Positions 26,094 through 34,650 of a DNA stretch of 44,530 nt are shown piece after piece. The stretch is from a virus. Its lineage: Duplodnaviria > Caudoviricetes. Below the pieces are notes generated by a model. That model searched no databases. It was not told the origin of the DNA and was given only the letters and a program-made list of their open reading frames with translations. The position numbers and the translations under genes are program-made. How positions within the stretch are numbered: the stretch's first letter is position 1; each line of letters starts with the position of its first letter. The stretch covers positions 1-44,530 of the IMG/VR virus record IMGVR_UViG_3300005805_008859; one strand, given 5' to 3'.

Positions 26094-27059
26094 ATGGTTG
26101 CTGCCGTAACTATTCGTGAAAATGGTGTAGCCGAGATGGCGTATGTTGGAGAGAAACCATGGCACGGTCTAGGAGCAGAGCTACAGTCTGGAGCTGACAT
26201 CAGTACGTGGAGGCGAGCTGCCGGTATGGATTGGAGTATTCTCGCAGGAGCTGTCAATTATTCCACTCCAGCAGGTCAGTGCGAGATGCCTGGACAGCAA
26301 GTACTCTACCGCTCAGATAATCAGTTACCACTTGCTGTTGTATCTAATGCCTATAAAGTTGTGCAACCTGCTGATGTGTTGGAATTCTTCAGCGATCTTG
26401 CAGATGATAATGGATTCACCCTTGAGACTGCAGGTACCTTATTTCAGGGCCGGCGCTTCTGGGCCCTGGCCTCTATCAATGAACATGCGTGCGTGGTTGG
26501 TAATGATGCAGTTGGTGGCTATCTGCTGTTGAGCACTTCATGTGATGGAACTCTTACCACTAATGCACGATTTACCTCTGTGCGGGTGGTTTGTCACAAC
26601 ACACTGACCATGGCGCGTAAGGGTAAGGCTGATACTGGTGTAACAATTCGTCACAACACAGCATTTAAAGCAAATAAAGTTAAGGACGAATTGGGGATTG
26701 CTAGAGACAGCTTTGGTTCATTCATGAAGTCTGCTCGTACCCTCGCCGCCAAGAGTATGTCCAAGAGGAGTGCCGAGAAGTTTGTCGAGGATCTGTTGGT
26801 TGATGCCAAATTCAACACACCTGAAAATGTGCGCAAGAGCCGTCAATTCAATCGCATTCTAGATCTTTTCCAGGGTTCTGGCGTGGGGGCTGAGCTCCAG
26901 GGTGCAGAGGGTACCGCCTGGGGGTTAGTTAATGCGGTGACTGAGTTCGTAGATCACCATACCCGTGCCCGCACTAGCTCTGCCCGGCTAGCAAATGCCT
27001 GGTTTGGGCGTGGTGATGATCTCAAAACACAGAGCTTTGAACGGGCTCTTGCGCTCTGA
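26094..27059 (+). CDS. DUF932 family (TIGR03299 phage/plasmid-like) protein
   Basis: MAYVGEKPWHGLG, YKVVQP, ETAG, TSCDG, RVVCHNTL, GTAWGLVNAVTEFVDH; TATAAT at 26057; AAGGAG RBS. Confidence 0.88.
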   Translation: MVAAVTIRENGVAEMAYVGEKPWHGLGAELQSGADISTWRRAAGMDWSILAGAVNYSTPAGQCEMPGQQVLYRSDNQLPLAVVSNAYKVVQPADVLEFFSDLADDNGFTLETAGTLFQGRRFWALASINEHACVVGNDAVGGYLLLSTSCDGTLTTNARFTSVRVVCHNTLTMARKGKADTGVTIRHNTAFKANKVKDELGIARDSFGSFMKSARTLAAKSMSKRSAEKFVEDLLVDAKFNTPENVRKSRQFNRILDLFQGSGVGAELQGAEGTAWGLVNAVTEFVDHHTRARTSSARLANAWFGRGDDLKTQSFERALAL

Positions 27060-27079
27060 TGATTTTCACACTATAATAG

Positions 27080-27110
27080 AATGGGTAAGATCTCTGAGAT
27101 CTTACCCATT
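27080..27110. terminator. 15-bp inverted repeat after DUF932 (terminator-like)
   Basis: AATGGGTAAGATCTC-t-GAGATCTTACCCATT; weak U-tract. Confidence 0.55.
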
Positions 27111-27198
27111 GCTGTTCTTGTCCTGCGAGGAATTTTGAAAATCCTCTGAATTAGTTAAAACTTAAATAAACATGAATGATACACTTAGAGGAGAATTC

Positions 27199-27477
27199 AT
27201 GAAAAACACATTCTATTACAGCGTGCTTGAAGTGGATGCCGACAAAATTTTTGAATTTAGTTGGAACAGCGTGTGTGCTTATTTCTTAGATGATGACCAG
27301 GATGGTGACATAATCGCTAGTAAGGCTGCTGAACATTTCTACGATAGAATGCGTAGTTCTGAGATTACCTGGCCACTGACATTCAGGCTTCGATCGGCGC
27401 CGCTCTCACAAGATGTTCTAGAATATACAATTAGCGCAGAGACCTCCATTGTTTTTCACGTTAAACAGGAGGTCTAA
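27199..27477 (+). CDS. Hypothetical protein
   Basis: GAGGAG RBS. Confidence 0.62.
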   Translation: MKNTFYYSVLEVDADKIFEFSWNSVCAYFLDDDQDGDIIASKAAEHFYDRMRSSEITWPLTFRLRSAPLSQDVLEYTISAETSIVFHVKQEV

Positions 27478-27479
27478 TC

Positions 27480-27818
27480 ATGCCTCGCTATGTTAAGCTT
27501 CCCATTCCAATAGAGGCATCTCAATGGAATAAAGACGCCACTCTAGCAATATACTGTACTGATCATTTAGCAGTTAGAAGTTCTTCATATGAAGAAATAT
27601 CATTGCTCTGTGGGACGAGTGGATGCTCTCATGAGCATCCACATTGGAGCTGGTCGGTTATGGGTGTGATTGACACTCTAGAAGGCAAGCATGTGGTTAG
27701 TCCAGGTGATTGGATTATTACTGGTGTGCGTGGGGAACACTATCCTTGCAAGCCAGATGTATTTGAGACAACGTACATCTCTGAACAAGAGTACGCTGCT
27801 CGGTTTCTAAAATCGTAA
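27480..27818 (+). CDS. Conserved phage protein (PGDYG-like family)
   Basis: [33 protein letters not shown]. Confidence 0.8.
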   Translation: MPRYVKLPIPIEASQWNKDATLAIYCTDHLAVRSSSYEEISLLCGTSGCSHEHPHWSWSVMGVIDTLEGKHVVSPGDWIITGVRGEHYPCKPDVFETTYISEQEYAARFLKS

Positions 27819-27836
27819 AATAACAAGGTGCTAAGC

Positions 27837-28556
27837 ATGAGACTTCATTCATATACATGTGCAGCCTCAGGACTTCCAATTAGGTGCTCGCTCTCTTCAA
27901 TGTCTCCTATAATGTATGATGTAGTTGTCATGGATAGATCGGGAGTTCTGGCATTTGGTGAATACGATGGATATGGAAACGTTGGTGGCAGTTTCTCAAC
28001 CCACGATATAGGCGACGTATCTGATCTCAAATTTGTTCTGAGGTGGTTCTATAATTCTCAGAGGTGGGCTGATCTGAGAGCATCCTATGATGACCCTCTT
28101 CAAGGTATAGCAGGCGCATCTGAATTCATAGATGCAATATATGAGGCAAAGCTAACATACGCTGGTGAATTTGACGGACACCAATATAGGTCCCGTCTAA
28201 CAGAATTCTACGAATTAATGAATGCTTTTTATGTAGAATATTTGCAACAAACCATTGGAATTTCAGCCAAGCAGTATCGTCAGCTAATTCAGTTATTAGA
28301 AAATTTTGAAATTGGTGCCGACCGTTTAGTATTTGAAGAGGAATTCAATAATATTATTCCTAGATTAAATACAGGCAATCGGGCAACTGATGCAGGAATG
28401 TGTATTAAATTACTGTGTATCCAGGAAAGAACTTTTCAACGTCACGTAATTAAAGAAATTATTACTGCTTGGAAAGAAAATACATCTGTAAAAAATTTAG
28501 ATGTGCATGAGATATTGGCTCTTGAAAATATTAAGACAAATTTTAAGTCACGCTAA
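27837..28556 (+). CDS. Hypothetical protein
   Basis: GEYDGYG motif; AT-rich 3' half. Confidence 0.65.
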   Translation: MRLHSYTCAASGLPIRCSLSSMSPIMYDVVVMDRSGVLAFGEYDGYGNVGGSFSTHDIGDVSDLKFVLRWFYNSQRWADLRASYDDPLQGIAGASEFIDAIYEAKLTYAGEFDGHQYRSRLTEFYELMNAFYVEYLQQTIGISAKQYRQLIQLLENFEIGADRLVFEEEFNNIIPRLNTGNRATDAGMCIKLLCIQERTFQRHVIKEIITAWKENTSVKNLDVHEILALENIKTNFKSR

Positions 28557-28560
28557 GACT

Positions 28561-28616
28561 GCTCAGCCCCTCAAGTGAGGGGCTGAGTGAGGCCCAGAGA
28601 TGAATCATCTCTGGGC
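28561..28616. repeat. Two adjacent GC-rich inverted repeats
   Basis: CTCAGCCCCTC-aagt-GAGGGGCTGAG and GCCCAGAGATG-aat-CATCTCTGGGC. Confidence 0.8.
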
Positions 28617-28662
28617 TAATATGGCATATCATCTAACAATCCTGAGTGCATCCTGTGACGAG

Positions 28663-28723
28663 TGTTAAAAATATCACACAGGTTGAGTCTAAGGTGTGCA
28701 GAGCTCCCAGGTTGATGTATAAT
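28663..28723 (+). promoter_or_regulatory. CRP-like box + -10 promoter
   Basis: TGTTA-aaaata-TCACA at 28663-28678; TATAAT at 28718. Confidence 0.55.
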
Positions 28724-28754
28724 AAATCATCAGTTAAACAAAAGGAGTTCTCAA

Positions 28755-28919
28755 ATGGCAGCAAACACCATCTTCCTAAGCGGCAAAACTCCCATTCTCT
28801 CTGCAGCACAAAAAGAAATCAGCCGCATCAGCCGCAAGGAAAACAGCGCACGGGCAAAACTCCACAAATCTGGTCCAGTAGTGGTGATTTTTTCTTCTAA
28901 AAAGACTGCTGCTAAGTGA
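28755..28919 (+). CDS. Small basic protein (54 aa, not in the ORF track)
   Basis: AAAGGAG RBS; MAANTIFLSGKTPILSAAQKEISRISRKENSARAKLHK... Confidence 0.65.
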   Translation: MAANTIFLSGKTPILSAAQKEISRISRKENSARAKLHKSGPVVVIFSSKKTAAK

Positions 28920-28925
28920 TAAAGA

Positions 28926-29120
28926 TTGGGGAAAAGCGTGTTCAATGATTTTGCTCCCTCTCTCAAAGCAGCAGCGACCGCTGCCTCTCTTAAGAAGACG
29001 ACTGTTGTAGTACCAGGCGGCTCTAGGACACCCGCAGTCTATTGCAGGTGCTGTGGAAAAAGTGGTGCTGTATTAGGTCGTATTCATCATGCAGATCGCT
29101 GCTTGTTTAGACAGCTCTAA
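28926..29120 (+). CDS. Small hypothetical protein (possible Zn binder)
   Basis: YCRCCG...HHADRC. Confidence 0.5.
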   Translation: MGKSVFNDFAPSLKAAATAASLKKTTVVVPGGSRTPAVYCRCCGKSGAVLGRIHHADRCLFRQL

Positions 29121-29169
29121 ACTGTGATATAATGCTCTAGTAGAGAAAAATCCTCAAAGGAGTTTGGTC

Positions 29170-29526
29170 ATGGAAAAATTTGTAGATTCTAATGGTTATG
29201 TAGCTCTCTTGTTGTCAGACGCCTATGGAAATGGCTGGTGGTCTGACCACCGCATAGATGCCCTCCTCTGGAGCCCCAAGATCGTAGATTGGATTCTCCG
29301 TGGAAAACCTGAGGAAGAGGACAGCAGCCTACTTGAACATCTTTCATGGCACCTTTCAGGTGACAGAGGAGAGGTAGATGATGAGCTAGCTGAGAGCTAC
29401 TTGGATACTCTACATCGTGATGTCGTAGTACATTGGATTCCAATTGGAACTGAGTTCGTGATTGACAGCTATGATGGTCAAGAAACAGTGCTAACAGAAG
29501 AAAATTTTGTTTGGCACAGTGCTTAA
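29170..29526 (+). CDS. Conserved phage hypothetical protein
   Basis: VALLLS.AYG.GW, WIPIGTEF.I..YDG.E; TGaTATAAT at 29125-29133. Confidence 0.7.
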   Translation: MEKFVDSNGYVALLLSDAYGNGWWSDHRIDALLWSPKIVDWILRGKPEEEDSSLLEHLSWHLSGDRGEVDDELAESYLDTLHRDVVVHWIPIGTEFVIDSYDGQETVLTEENFVWHSA

Positions 29527-29537
29527 TTAAGGAGAGC

Positions 29538-29771
29538 ATGATGATTGAAGCAACCAAGGAAGTTGTCGATACGTTTGACCTAGAACAACGTATTTTAGAT
29601 GCCTGGAGAGTGGTTGATGATCTCAAGATCATCTCAGACCTGGTGTCAAGCGGCAACCAAGATGATGTAAAGATCACCATCACGGGCTTAGGCTTACTCT
29701 ACGATCAAAAATTTACCAAGCTGTTCGAAACCTTTGAAAAGCTCGTTGCAGCTAGGAAAATCACTTCCTAA
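29538..29771 (+). CDS. Hypothetical protein
   Basis: AAGGAG RBS; FDLEQRIL..W. Confidence 0.65.
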   Translation: MMIEATKEVVDTFDLEQRILDAWRVVDDLKIISDLVSSGNQDDVKITITGLGLLYDQKFTKLFETFEKLVAARKITS

Positions 29772-29782
29772 GGGGAATCACT

Positions 29783-30805
29783 GTGAAAAGAGTTGGATTT
29801 GCCTGCATGTGGATCGATTCACCGGAACAAATAGGTGGAATTGGTCCTCATGATGAAGCCAAGAAGCTCAACACTCGAACCACAACCATTGCGTGGCTTA
29901 ACAGGCAGGATAGATCTACTGCTGAAGATCGCTTGATAGAACTTGTACAGCACAACATGCTCTCTGCTCGGCTCTTAATTGAAAGAGTTGGATCTCTGAG
30001 ACCTGAATTGAGAATGGTGAGGTTGAGCAGCGATCTTATTCCTGCCTATACCCATGAACATTGGGCTCCCTTCTGGCACTCACCAGAGGTGGTTAGGCTG
30101 CTTGAGAGAGGATTCGCACAGGTTGGAGAGGCCGCAACCACTCACGGAGTAAGAATTTCATTTCACCCAGGCCAGTTCTGCGTGCTAGGGAGTGATGTTG
30201 AACACACGGTAGAACGCTCGATTGAGGAATTCGAGTATCACGCTGACATGGCTCGCTGGATGGGCCGTGGCCAGCAGTTTCAAGATATGAAGATCAATGT
30301 TCACATCAGTGGGAGGCGAGGACCTGCTGGAGTTCGTGAGGTCTACACCAGAAGGCTGAGCACAGAGGCGCGTAACTGTATTACGTTAGAGAATGAAGAA
30401 ATAAGTCATGGATTGGATGCGACCTTGAGTGTGGCTGATATTATACCTACAGTGTTGGACCTACATCATCACTGGGTTAGAGAGGGTGAATACATTAGCG
30501 CCACCGATGATCGTGTCAAGAGGGTGATTGAATCATGGCGAGGGCGGCGACCCGCGTTTCACTACAGTCTGACTAGAGAATCAGTTCTACCAGCTCACAG
30601 TGAACATGAGGCTCCGGCACACGCTCTGCTACTAGAGGCTGGACAGAATAAACAGAAACTTCGAGCCCACAGTGATTTCATGTGGAACAGAGCAGTCAAT
30701 CGCTGGGCTGCTAGCCACTGGGAATGGGGAGATGTTATGGTCGAGTGCAAATCTAAGAATCTCGGAGCGCACGCACTCTTCAATGAATGGATGACTGGTT
30801 ACTAA
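29783..30805 (+). CDS. uvsE: UV damage repair endonuclease UvsE (UVDE)
   Basis: RVGFAC, RLSSDL, SFHPGQF, EFEYH, NVHISG, TLENEE, LDLHHH, HYS, AHSD, MVECKSK. Confidence 0.93.
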   Translation: MKRVGFACMWIDSPEQIGGIGPHDEAKKLNTRTTTIAWLNRQDRSTAEDRLIELVQHNMLSARLLIERVGSLRPELRMVRLSSDLIPAYTHEHWAPFWHSPEVVRLLERGFAQVGEAATTHGVRISFHPGQFCVLGSDVEHTVERSIEEFEYHADMARWMGRGQQFQDMKINVHISGRRGPAGVREVYTRRLSTEARNCITLENEEISHGLDATLSVADIIPTVLDLHHHWVREGEYISATDDRVKRVIESWRGRRPAFHYSLTRESVLPAHSEHEAPAHALLLEAGQNKQKLRAHSDFMWNRAVNRWAASHWEWGDVMVECKSKNLGAHALFNEWMTGY

Positions 30806-30846
30806 TCTAACCATTTTTGTGATACAATACTTTAAAGGAGACTGAT

Positions 30847-31083
30847 ATGACAGACAAAACCAACCAAGAAATTTACATGGATCTATGCACTGCTGTTCGC
30901 GACTACTCAAGCGCCATGCATGCAATTTCTTGCGCATTCATGGCTGAGTCAACCCTCATCGCCATCAAATCTTCACAGAAGGCAGTTGATACCATTGTCA
31001 CAGCTGTGAACAAGGCATCTTCAGTAGACAGCTGGAGCCTTCTCATGAAGAACTCTTACCCATTTAATTCTAAATCTGAATAA
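30847..31083 (+). CDS. Hypothetical protein
   Basis: AAGGAG RBS; TGaTACAAT upstream. Confidence 0.6.
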   Translation: MTDKTNQEIYMDLCTAVRDYSSAMHAISCAFMAESTLIAIKSSQKAVDTIVTAVNKASSVDSWSLLMKNSYPFNSKSE

Positions 31084-31126
31084 CAGTTTCCTGTGTTCTA
31101 TCTTTAAACTTTGAAGGTTTAATCAT

Positions 31127-31348
31127 ATGTTTACTACTGCTGCTGCATTCGTCGATCGTCTATCTGCAATTGAAAAAATTACTATTCGAGCTGCTAATAC
31201 GGAAGATCGTCTAGACTGGCTGTTTAATGTAATGCATCGCTATGAGTTCGCACTGCCAGCACATGAAGCACGGCAGACTTTTAACTCAGCTGTCAAGATC
31301 CTTCATGACGATTTTGTTGCAGCCTCTCTCACAACTGGCGGATTCTGA
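31127..31348 (+). CDS. Hypothetical protein
   Basis: AAGG RBS. Confidence 0.6.
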   Translation: MFTTAAAFVDRLSAIEKITIRAANTEDRLDWLFNVMHRYEFALPAHEARQTFNSAVKILHDDFVAASLTTGGF

Positions 31349-31355
31349 GGGGAAC

Positions 31356-31625
31356 ATGACTAAATTTAGAATTATTAAAGAGCACGCTGACGGGGTAGAT
31401 CAATTCTATGTTGAGTATCGCAAGACCCTCAGCTTAGGATGGAAAAAATTCTGCTTCTATTACAAATCAGAATTTGCCGACATGCCAGGTTGGTGGTCTG
31501 ACCATGTTAATACTCGTGAAGAAGCAATCTTTCTACTTGAAAAAGCCAAGAAAATTCACGCACCCACAGCATTTCCAGATGGTGGAGTCGTGTACGAGTA
31601 TGTAGAACGTCCACCCACTCGGTAA
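31356..31625 (+). CDS. Hypothetical protein
   Basis: GAGGGG RBS before MTKFRII. Confidence 0.62.
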   Translation: MTKFRIIKEHADGVDQFYVEYRKTLSLGWKKFCFYYKSEFADMPGWWSDHVNTREEAIFLLEKAKKIHAPTAFPDGGVVYEYVERPPTR

Positions 31626-31660
31626 AATCACCGTTATAAAATTCATATCAAGGAACTACC

Positions 31661-31831
31661 ATGAACTTATTTTTGACTCAAGAGGAACGGCTGGCTGCAG
31701 TATTAGACAATGTGCTCTCGCCAGACATTCTTACTGATGATGATATGGATTTGCTGTTCAGTCGGCTCTGTGAAGCAATTCAACAAAAATCTAAACAGGG
31801 ATTCTCTTGTTCGAGTGTTCAGCGTCACTGA
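31661..31831 (+). CDS. Small acidic protein (56 aa, not in the ORF track)
   Basis: AAGGA RBS; MNLFLTQEERLAAVLDNVLSPDILTDDDMDLLF... Confidence 0.58.
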   Translation: MNLFLTQEERLAAVLDNVLSPDILTDDDMDLLFSRLCEAIQQKSKQGFSCSSVQRH

Positions 31832-31865
31832 ATGACAGAATAATAAATAGGATTGATACTACGAA

Positions 31866-31940
31866 GCAGGATTAATTCAGTGGTAGAATGTCTCGTTGCC
31901 AACGAGAATGTCATCGGTTCGAACCCGATATCCTGCTCCA
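31866..31940 (+). tRNA. tRNA-Gly (GCC)
   Basis: GCAGGA/TCCTGC acceptor stem, AGTGGTA D-loop, TCTCG-ttGCCaa-CGAGA, GGTTCGAACCC, encoded CCA. Confidence 0.95.
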
Positions 31941-31956
31941 TTTTGGAAATTCAAAA

Positions 31957-32820
31957 ATGAACCACATCAAAACACTTACTCTAAATGAGAGCGGTAGAGA
32001 TTTTGTTTGTGGAGACATACATGGGTCTCTTTCATGTGTAGAAAGAGCTCTCAATGAACTTAATTTTGATACCACGCGTGACAGACTCATAAGTGTCGGC
32101 GATCTGGTGGATCGTGGGCCTGATAGCATGGGGTGCTTAGGGCTTCTTGATCAAGAGTGGTTTCATGCTGTCAGAGGAAACCACGAAGAACTCATGCATG
32201 ATGCTCTCAACAACCGGGAATTTTGGCATGGTCTGTGGGCGCGTAATGGTGGTGAGTGGGGCACTCACCTAAAAATGCCCGCCACGGTTGATGAAGCTCA
32301 GTTGGCAGAGTCCATCGGGCAGCGCGTTGATAGACTTCCTTACATTATCTCAGTGCCAATTGAAGGTGGTAAAAAATTTCACGTCATACATGCAGAGTTT
32401 GCATTCTTGAATGAAATAACTGACCAAACACTAGAAACGTGGGATAGAGTCAAGGCTGAGGCGCTCACCGCTAGTAGAGACGGCAAGAGCATACTGTGGG
32501 GACGGTGGATTTTTGCAAAAATGTCTAGAAGGGCTCTGTATCCCGATGTTGTCGAGAGCATAGCGCAGGATTCTGTTACAGCAACACAGGCAAAAAAATT
32601 AAAGAATCCACAGCTAGGTCGCATCTACTGTGGGCATACTATAGTCCAAAAGCCAGTAAACTTCTATGGTCAGATAAATCTTGATACCGGCGCATACATG
32701 AGTTATGATGAGGAGGCTCCACGCTGGGCTGGTCTTACCATAACTGAACCAGCAACTGATAGATTTTGGTTGGTTACCAGCAGAGAGTTTAATGAGATTA
32801 AACCAGTTATTTTTCAATAA
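31957..32820 (+). CDS. Metallophosphoesterase (lambda NinI / PphA-like Ser/Thr phosphatase)
   Basis: GDIHG, GDLVDRGPDS, RGNHE, IHA, GHT, LDTGA; start set downstream of the tRNA. Confidence 0.9.
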   Translation: MNHIKTLTLNESGRDFVCGDIHGSLSCVERALNELNFDTTRDRLISVGDLVDRGPDSMGCLGLLDQEWFHAVRGNHEELMHDALNNREFWHGLWARNGGEWGTHLKMPATVDEAQLAESIGQRVDRLPYIISVPIEGGKKFHVIHAEFAFLNEITDQTLETWDRVKAEALTASRDGKSILWGRWIFAKMSRRALYPDVVESIAQDSVTATQAKKLKNPQLGRIYCGHTIVQKPVNFYGQINLDTGAYMSYDEEAPRWAGLTITEPATDRFWLVTSREFNEIKPVIFQ

Positions 32821-32836
32821 TTAGAGGAGCGAGGTC

Positions 32837-33115
32837 ATGGCTGGAGGAGGATCAAGAGCCATTGGTTCAGAAGAAACGTTTGACAGTGCAGGAGGAGCCC
32901 TAATAACTGGGTCACCAGATGTTTTTATCAATGGCAACCCCGCAGTTAGAGTTGGAGATCAAGTTCGGCCCCATGGGAGAAGAGCGCACCGTTCAGCCAC
33001 CATGGTATCTGGTTCTAGTACGGTCTTTATTAATGGAATTTCGGCAGTGCGTGAGGGAGACGTTGCCTCATGTGGGCATGCAATCTCTGGTTCAGATGAT
33101 GTTATTATTGGATAG
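32837..33115 (+). CDS. PAAR-domain spike-tip protein (T4 gp5.4-like)
   Basis: GSPDVFING.PAVRVGD..H..H..GSSTVFING.SAVREGD..CG. Confidence 0.92.
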   Translation: MAGGGSRAIGSEETFDSAGGALITGSPDVFINGNPAVRVGDQVRPHGRRAHRSATMVSGSSTVFINGISAVREGDVASCGHAISGSDDVIIG

Positions 33116-33118
33116 AGC

Positions 33119-33736
33119 ATGAATATACCTGAGAGCTTTAATAAAAAATTCTTGATGAATGCATGGAGTGCTGATCAAACTGATCTCATGCCCCTGGCAG
33201 CAGCACTGCACCTAGCCCATCTAAAGGATTGGATAGGATTAGATGGATCTGTTTCCTTAAGTAAGGCTGGAGACGAGCACTACTGGATATCAAAACGCGG
33301 GGCTGGGTGGGATTCAACCAAGCTACCATCACCTCATCATTTTGAGAAGCTAAAGATCACCTGTCCAACAGATGTAGAGACTCCGTATGAACGGATTCAG
33401 CATGCCTGTCATGCCTTTGGTTCTGGAGACAGAGCAGTGCTACACGTTTTTCCGGTATCTACTCTAGCTGCTCTTAAATCACACCGCCCGCTTGCATGGT
33501 TTATTGATGAACACTCATTGATGGGTCAGCACTTTGAATTCACCGCTCTCTCGGCAACAGCGCTGCTCTCATACCTAGAGGAAGGTTGTGGACACAAAAA
33601 GCGCGCTGAGGTCATAGCCAGTCCCGATCTAGGAGTCGTGTCAGTTGCGCCAACGGTAGATGAAGCTCGACTTCAGGTTGAGCGCTTGGTTCGCTGTAGC
33701 CAGATTCTTTTAGCCTCAGGATGCTCACCGCAGTAG
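33119..33736 (+). CDS. Class II aldolase/adducin-like protein (divergent)
   Basis: DGSVS, YWIS, E..IQH, AVLHVFP, GVVSVAPTVDEA; metal ligands only partly present. Confidence 0.5.
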   Translation: MNIPESFNKKFLMNAWSADQTDLMPLAAALHLAHLKDWIGLDGSVSLSKAGDEHYWISKRGAGWDSTKLPSPHHFEKLKITCPTDVETPYERIQHACHAFGSGDRAVLHVFPVSTLAALKSHRPLAWFIDEHSLMGQHFEFTALSATALLSYLEEGCGHKKRAEVIASPDLGVVSVAPTVDEARLQVERLVRCSQILLASGCSPQ

Positions 33737-33765
33737 TTTACTGTGGCTATTCTACATATTATAAT
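33737..33765 (+). promoter_or_regulatory. Sigma70-type early promoter
   Basis: TTTACT-N17-TATAAT. Confidence 0.65.
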
Positions 33766-33805
33766 TACTCATCAAAGCAATTATTCCTTACTCAAGGAGT
33801 GACCT

Positions 33806-34144
33806 ATGAAGTTAAACGTGCATGATATTGGTGGAGAGGTGGTTAAAGACACCGAGGTCTACCTCCTCAAGGACAACAAAACTTTAAACAACCTGGTACT
33901 GAGTAGCACCAAACTCTATGTTGGACAGAGCACTCGAGGTCACAGGCACGCAGGGCAGGAAGAAGTCTACTTCTTTGTACAGGGAGCCGGCAAGATGATT
34001 GTTGGAGATGAATCAGATGAACCCTTCTCAGTATCTGCCGGCGACATTATTCTTATTCCGGATGGTGCATTTCATAGGGTCATTAATGATGGTGAAATGA
34101 ATCTAATTTTCAATTGTGTGTTTGACGGTAAGCGTAATCACTGA
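33806..34144 (+). CDS. Cupin-domain protein
   Basis: GHRHAGQEEVYFFVQG and GDIILIPDGAFHRVIN. Confidence 0.9.
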   Translation: MKLNVHDIGGEVVKDTEVYLLKDNKTLNNLVLSSTKLYVGQSTRGHRHAGQEEVYFFVQGAGKMIVGDESDEPFSVSAGDIILIPDGAFHRVINDGEMNLIFNCVFDGKRNH

Positions 34145-34203
34145 TTTAAACATATGAAAAATTTGTTCAACGTGGTTTCTTCTGTCAAGAAGATGTTAAT
34201 ACA

Positions 34204-34410
34204 GTGGCAACATTAAAGGATCTTGACAGTGCCAAACAGTATGTCATGAATAAAATTAGTGAATATTCATCGCAGCATCCAGGAGTCCTCAGCGAAAATG
34301 TCGTCAAAGCTCAGAAGGCAGTGCTAATGGCACGTTCAGTGAATAGTTTACTGTTTACACTTCAAAATTTTGTGCTGGCTCATCCTTCTGAGGGTCTGCG
34401 AGTAATTTGA
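34204..34410 (+). CDS. Hypothetical protein
   Basis: ORF; start uncertain. Confidence 0.5.
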   Translation: MATLKDLDSAKQYVMNKISEYSSQHPGVLSENVVKAQKAVLMARSVNSLLFTLQNFVLAHPSEGLRVI

Positions 34411-34414
34411 ATTT

Positions 34415-34489
34415 GCGACCATAGTTAAATGGAGATAACAGGAGCCTTCTAAGCTCCGGTTCCAGGTTCGATTCCTGGTGGTCGCACCA
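34415..34489 (+). tRNA. tRNA-Arg (TCT)
   Basis: GCGACCA/TGGTCGC acceptor stem, GGAGC-ctTCTaa-GCTCC, GGTTCGATTCC, encoded CCA. Confidence 0.95.
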
Positions 34490-34496
34490 ATACCTT

Positions 34497-34533
34497 AATA
34501 GGTCAGATGCTTAAAGGCATCTGACCTATTTTT
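34497..34533 (+). terminator. Rho-independent terminator
   Basis: AATAGGTCAGATGC-ttaaag-GCATCTGACCTATT + T run. Confidence 0.85.
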
Positions 34534-34567
34534 ATTTCTGCTCCAAATCATCCCGCGCTCAGTAATT

Positions 34568-34575
34568 CATAAATA
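34568..34575 (+). promoter_or_regulatory. Late-promoter-like CATAAATA
   Basis: 1 mismatch to TATAAATA; the same octamer lies at 40002 before the paralogous gene. Confidence 0.5.
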
Positions 34576-34650
34576 GTTCTACACTTAGAAGCGCACTACG
34601 CGTCGGCACAACTGTAGAAAATTAGTCAAAAAAATTCCGGAGATCGTACT

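Noticed and set aside
27055-27070. Seventh CRP-like box TCTGA-N6-TCACA at the DUF932 stop
   Set aside because: No -10 at the family spacing and it is followed by a hairpin; possibly a remnant, so not counted
28646-28900. 84-aa ORF in the track
   Set aside because: Spans a promoter; the frame at 28755-28919 has a strong RBS
31888-31956. N-terminal extension of the phosphatase in the ORF track
   Set aside because: Overlaps tRNA-Gly; ATG 31957 is the plausible start
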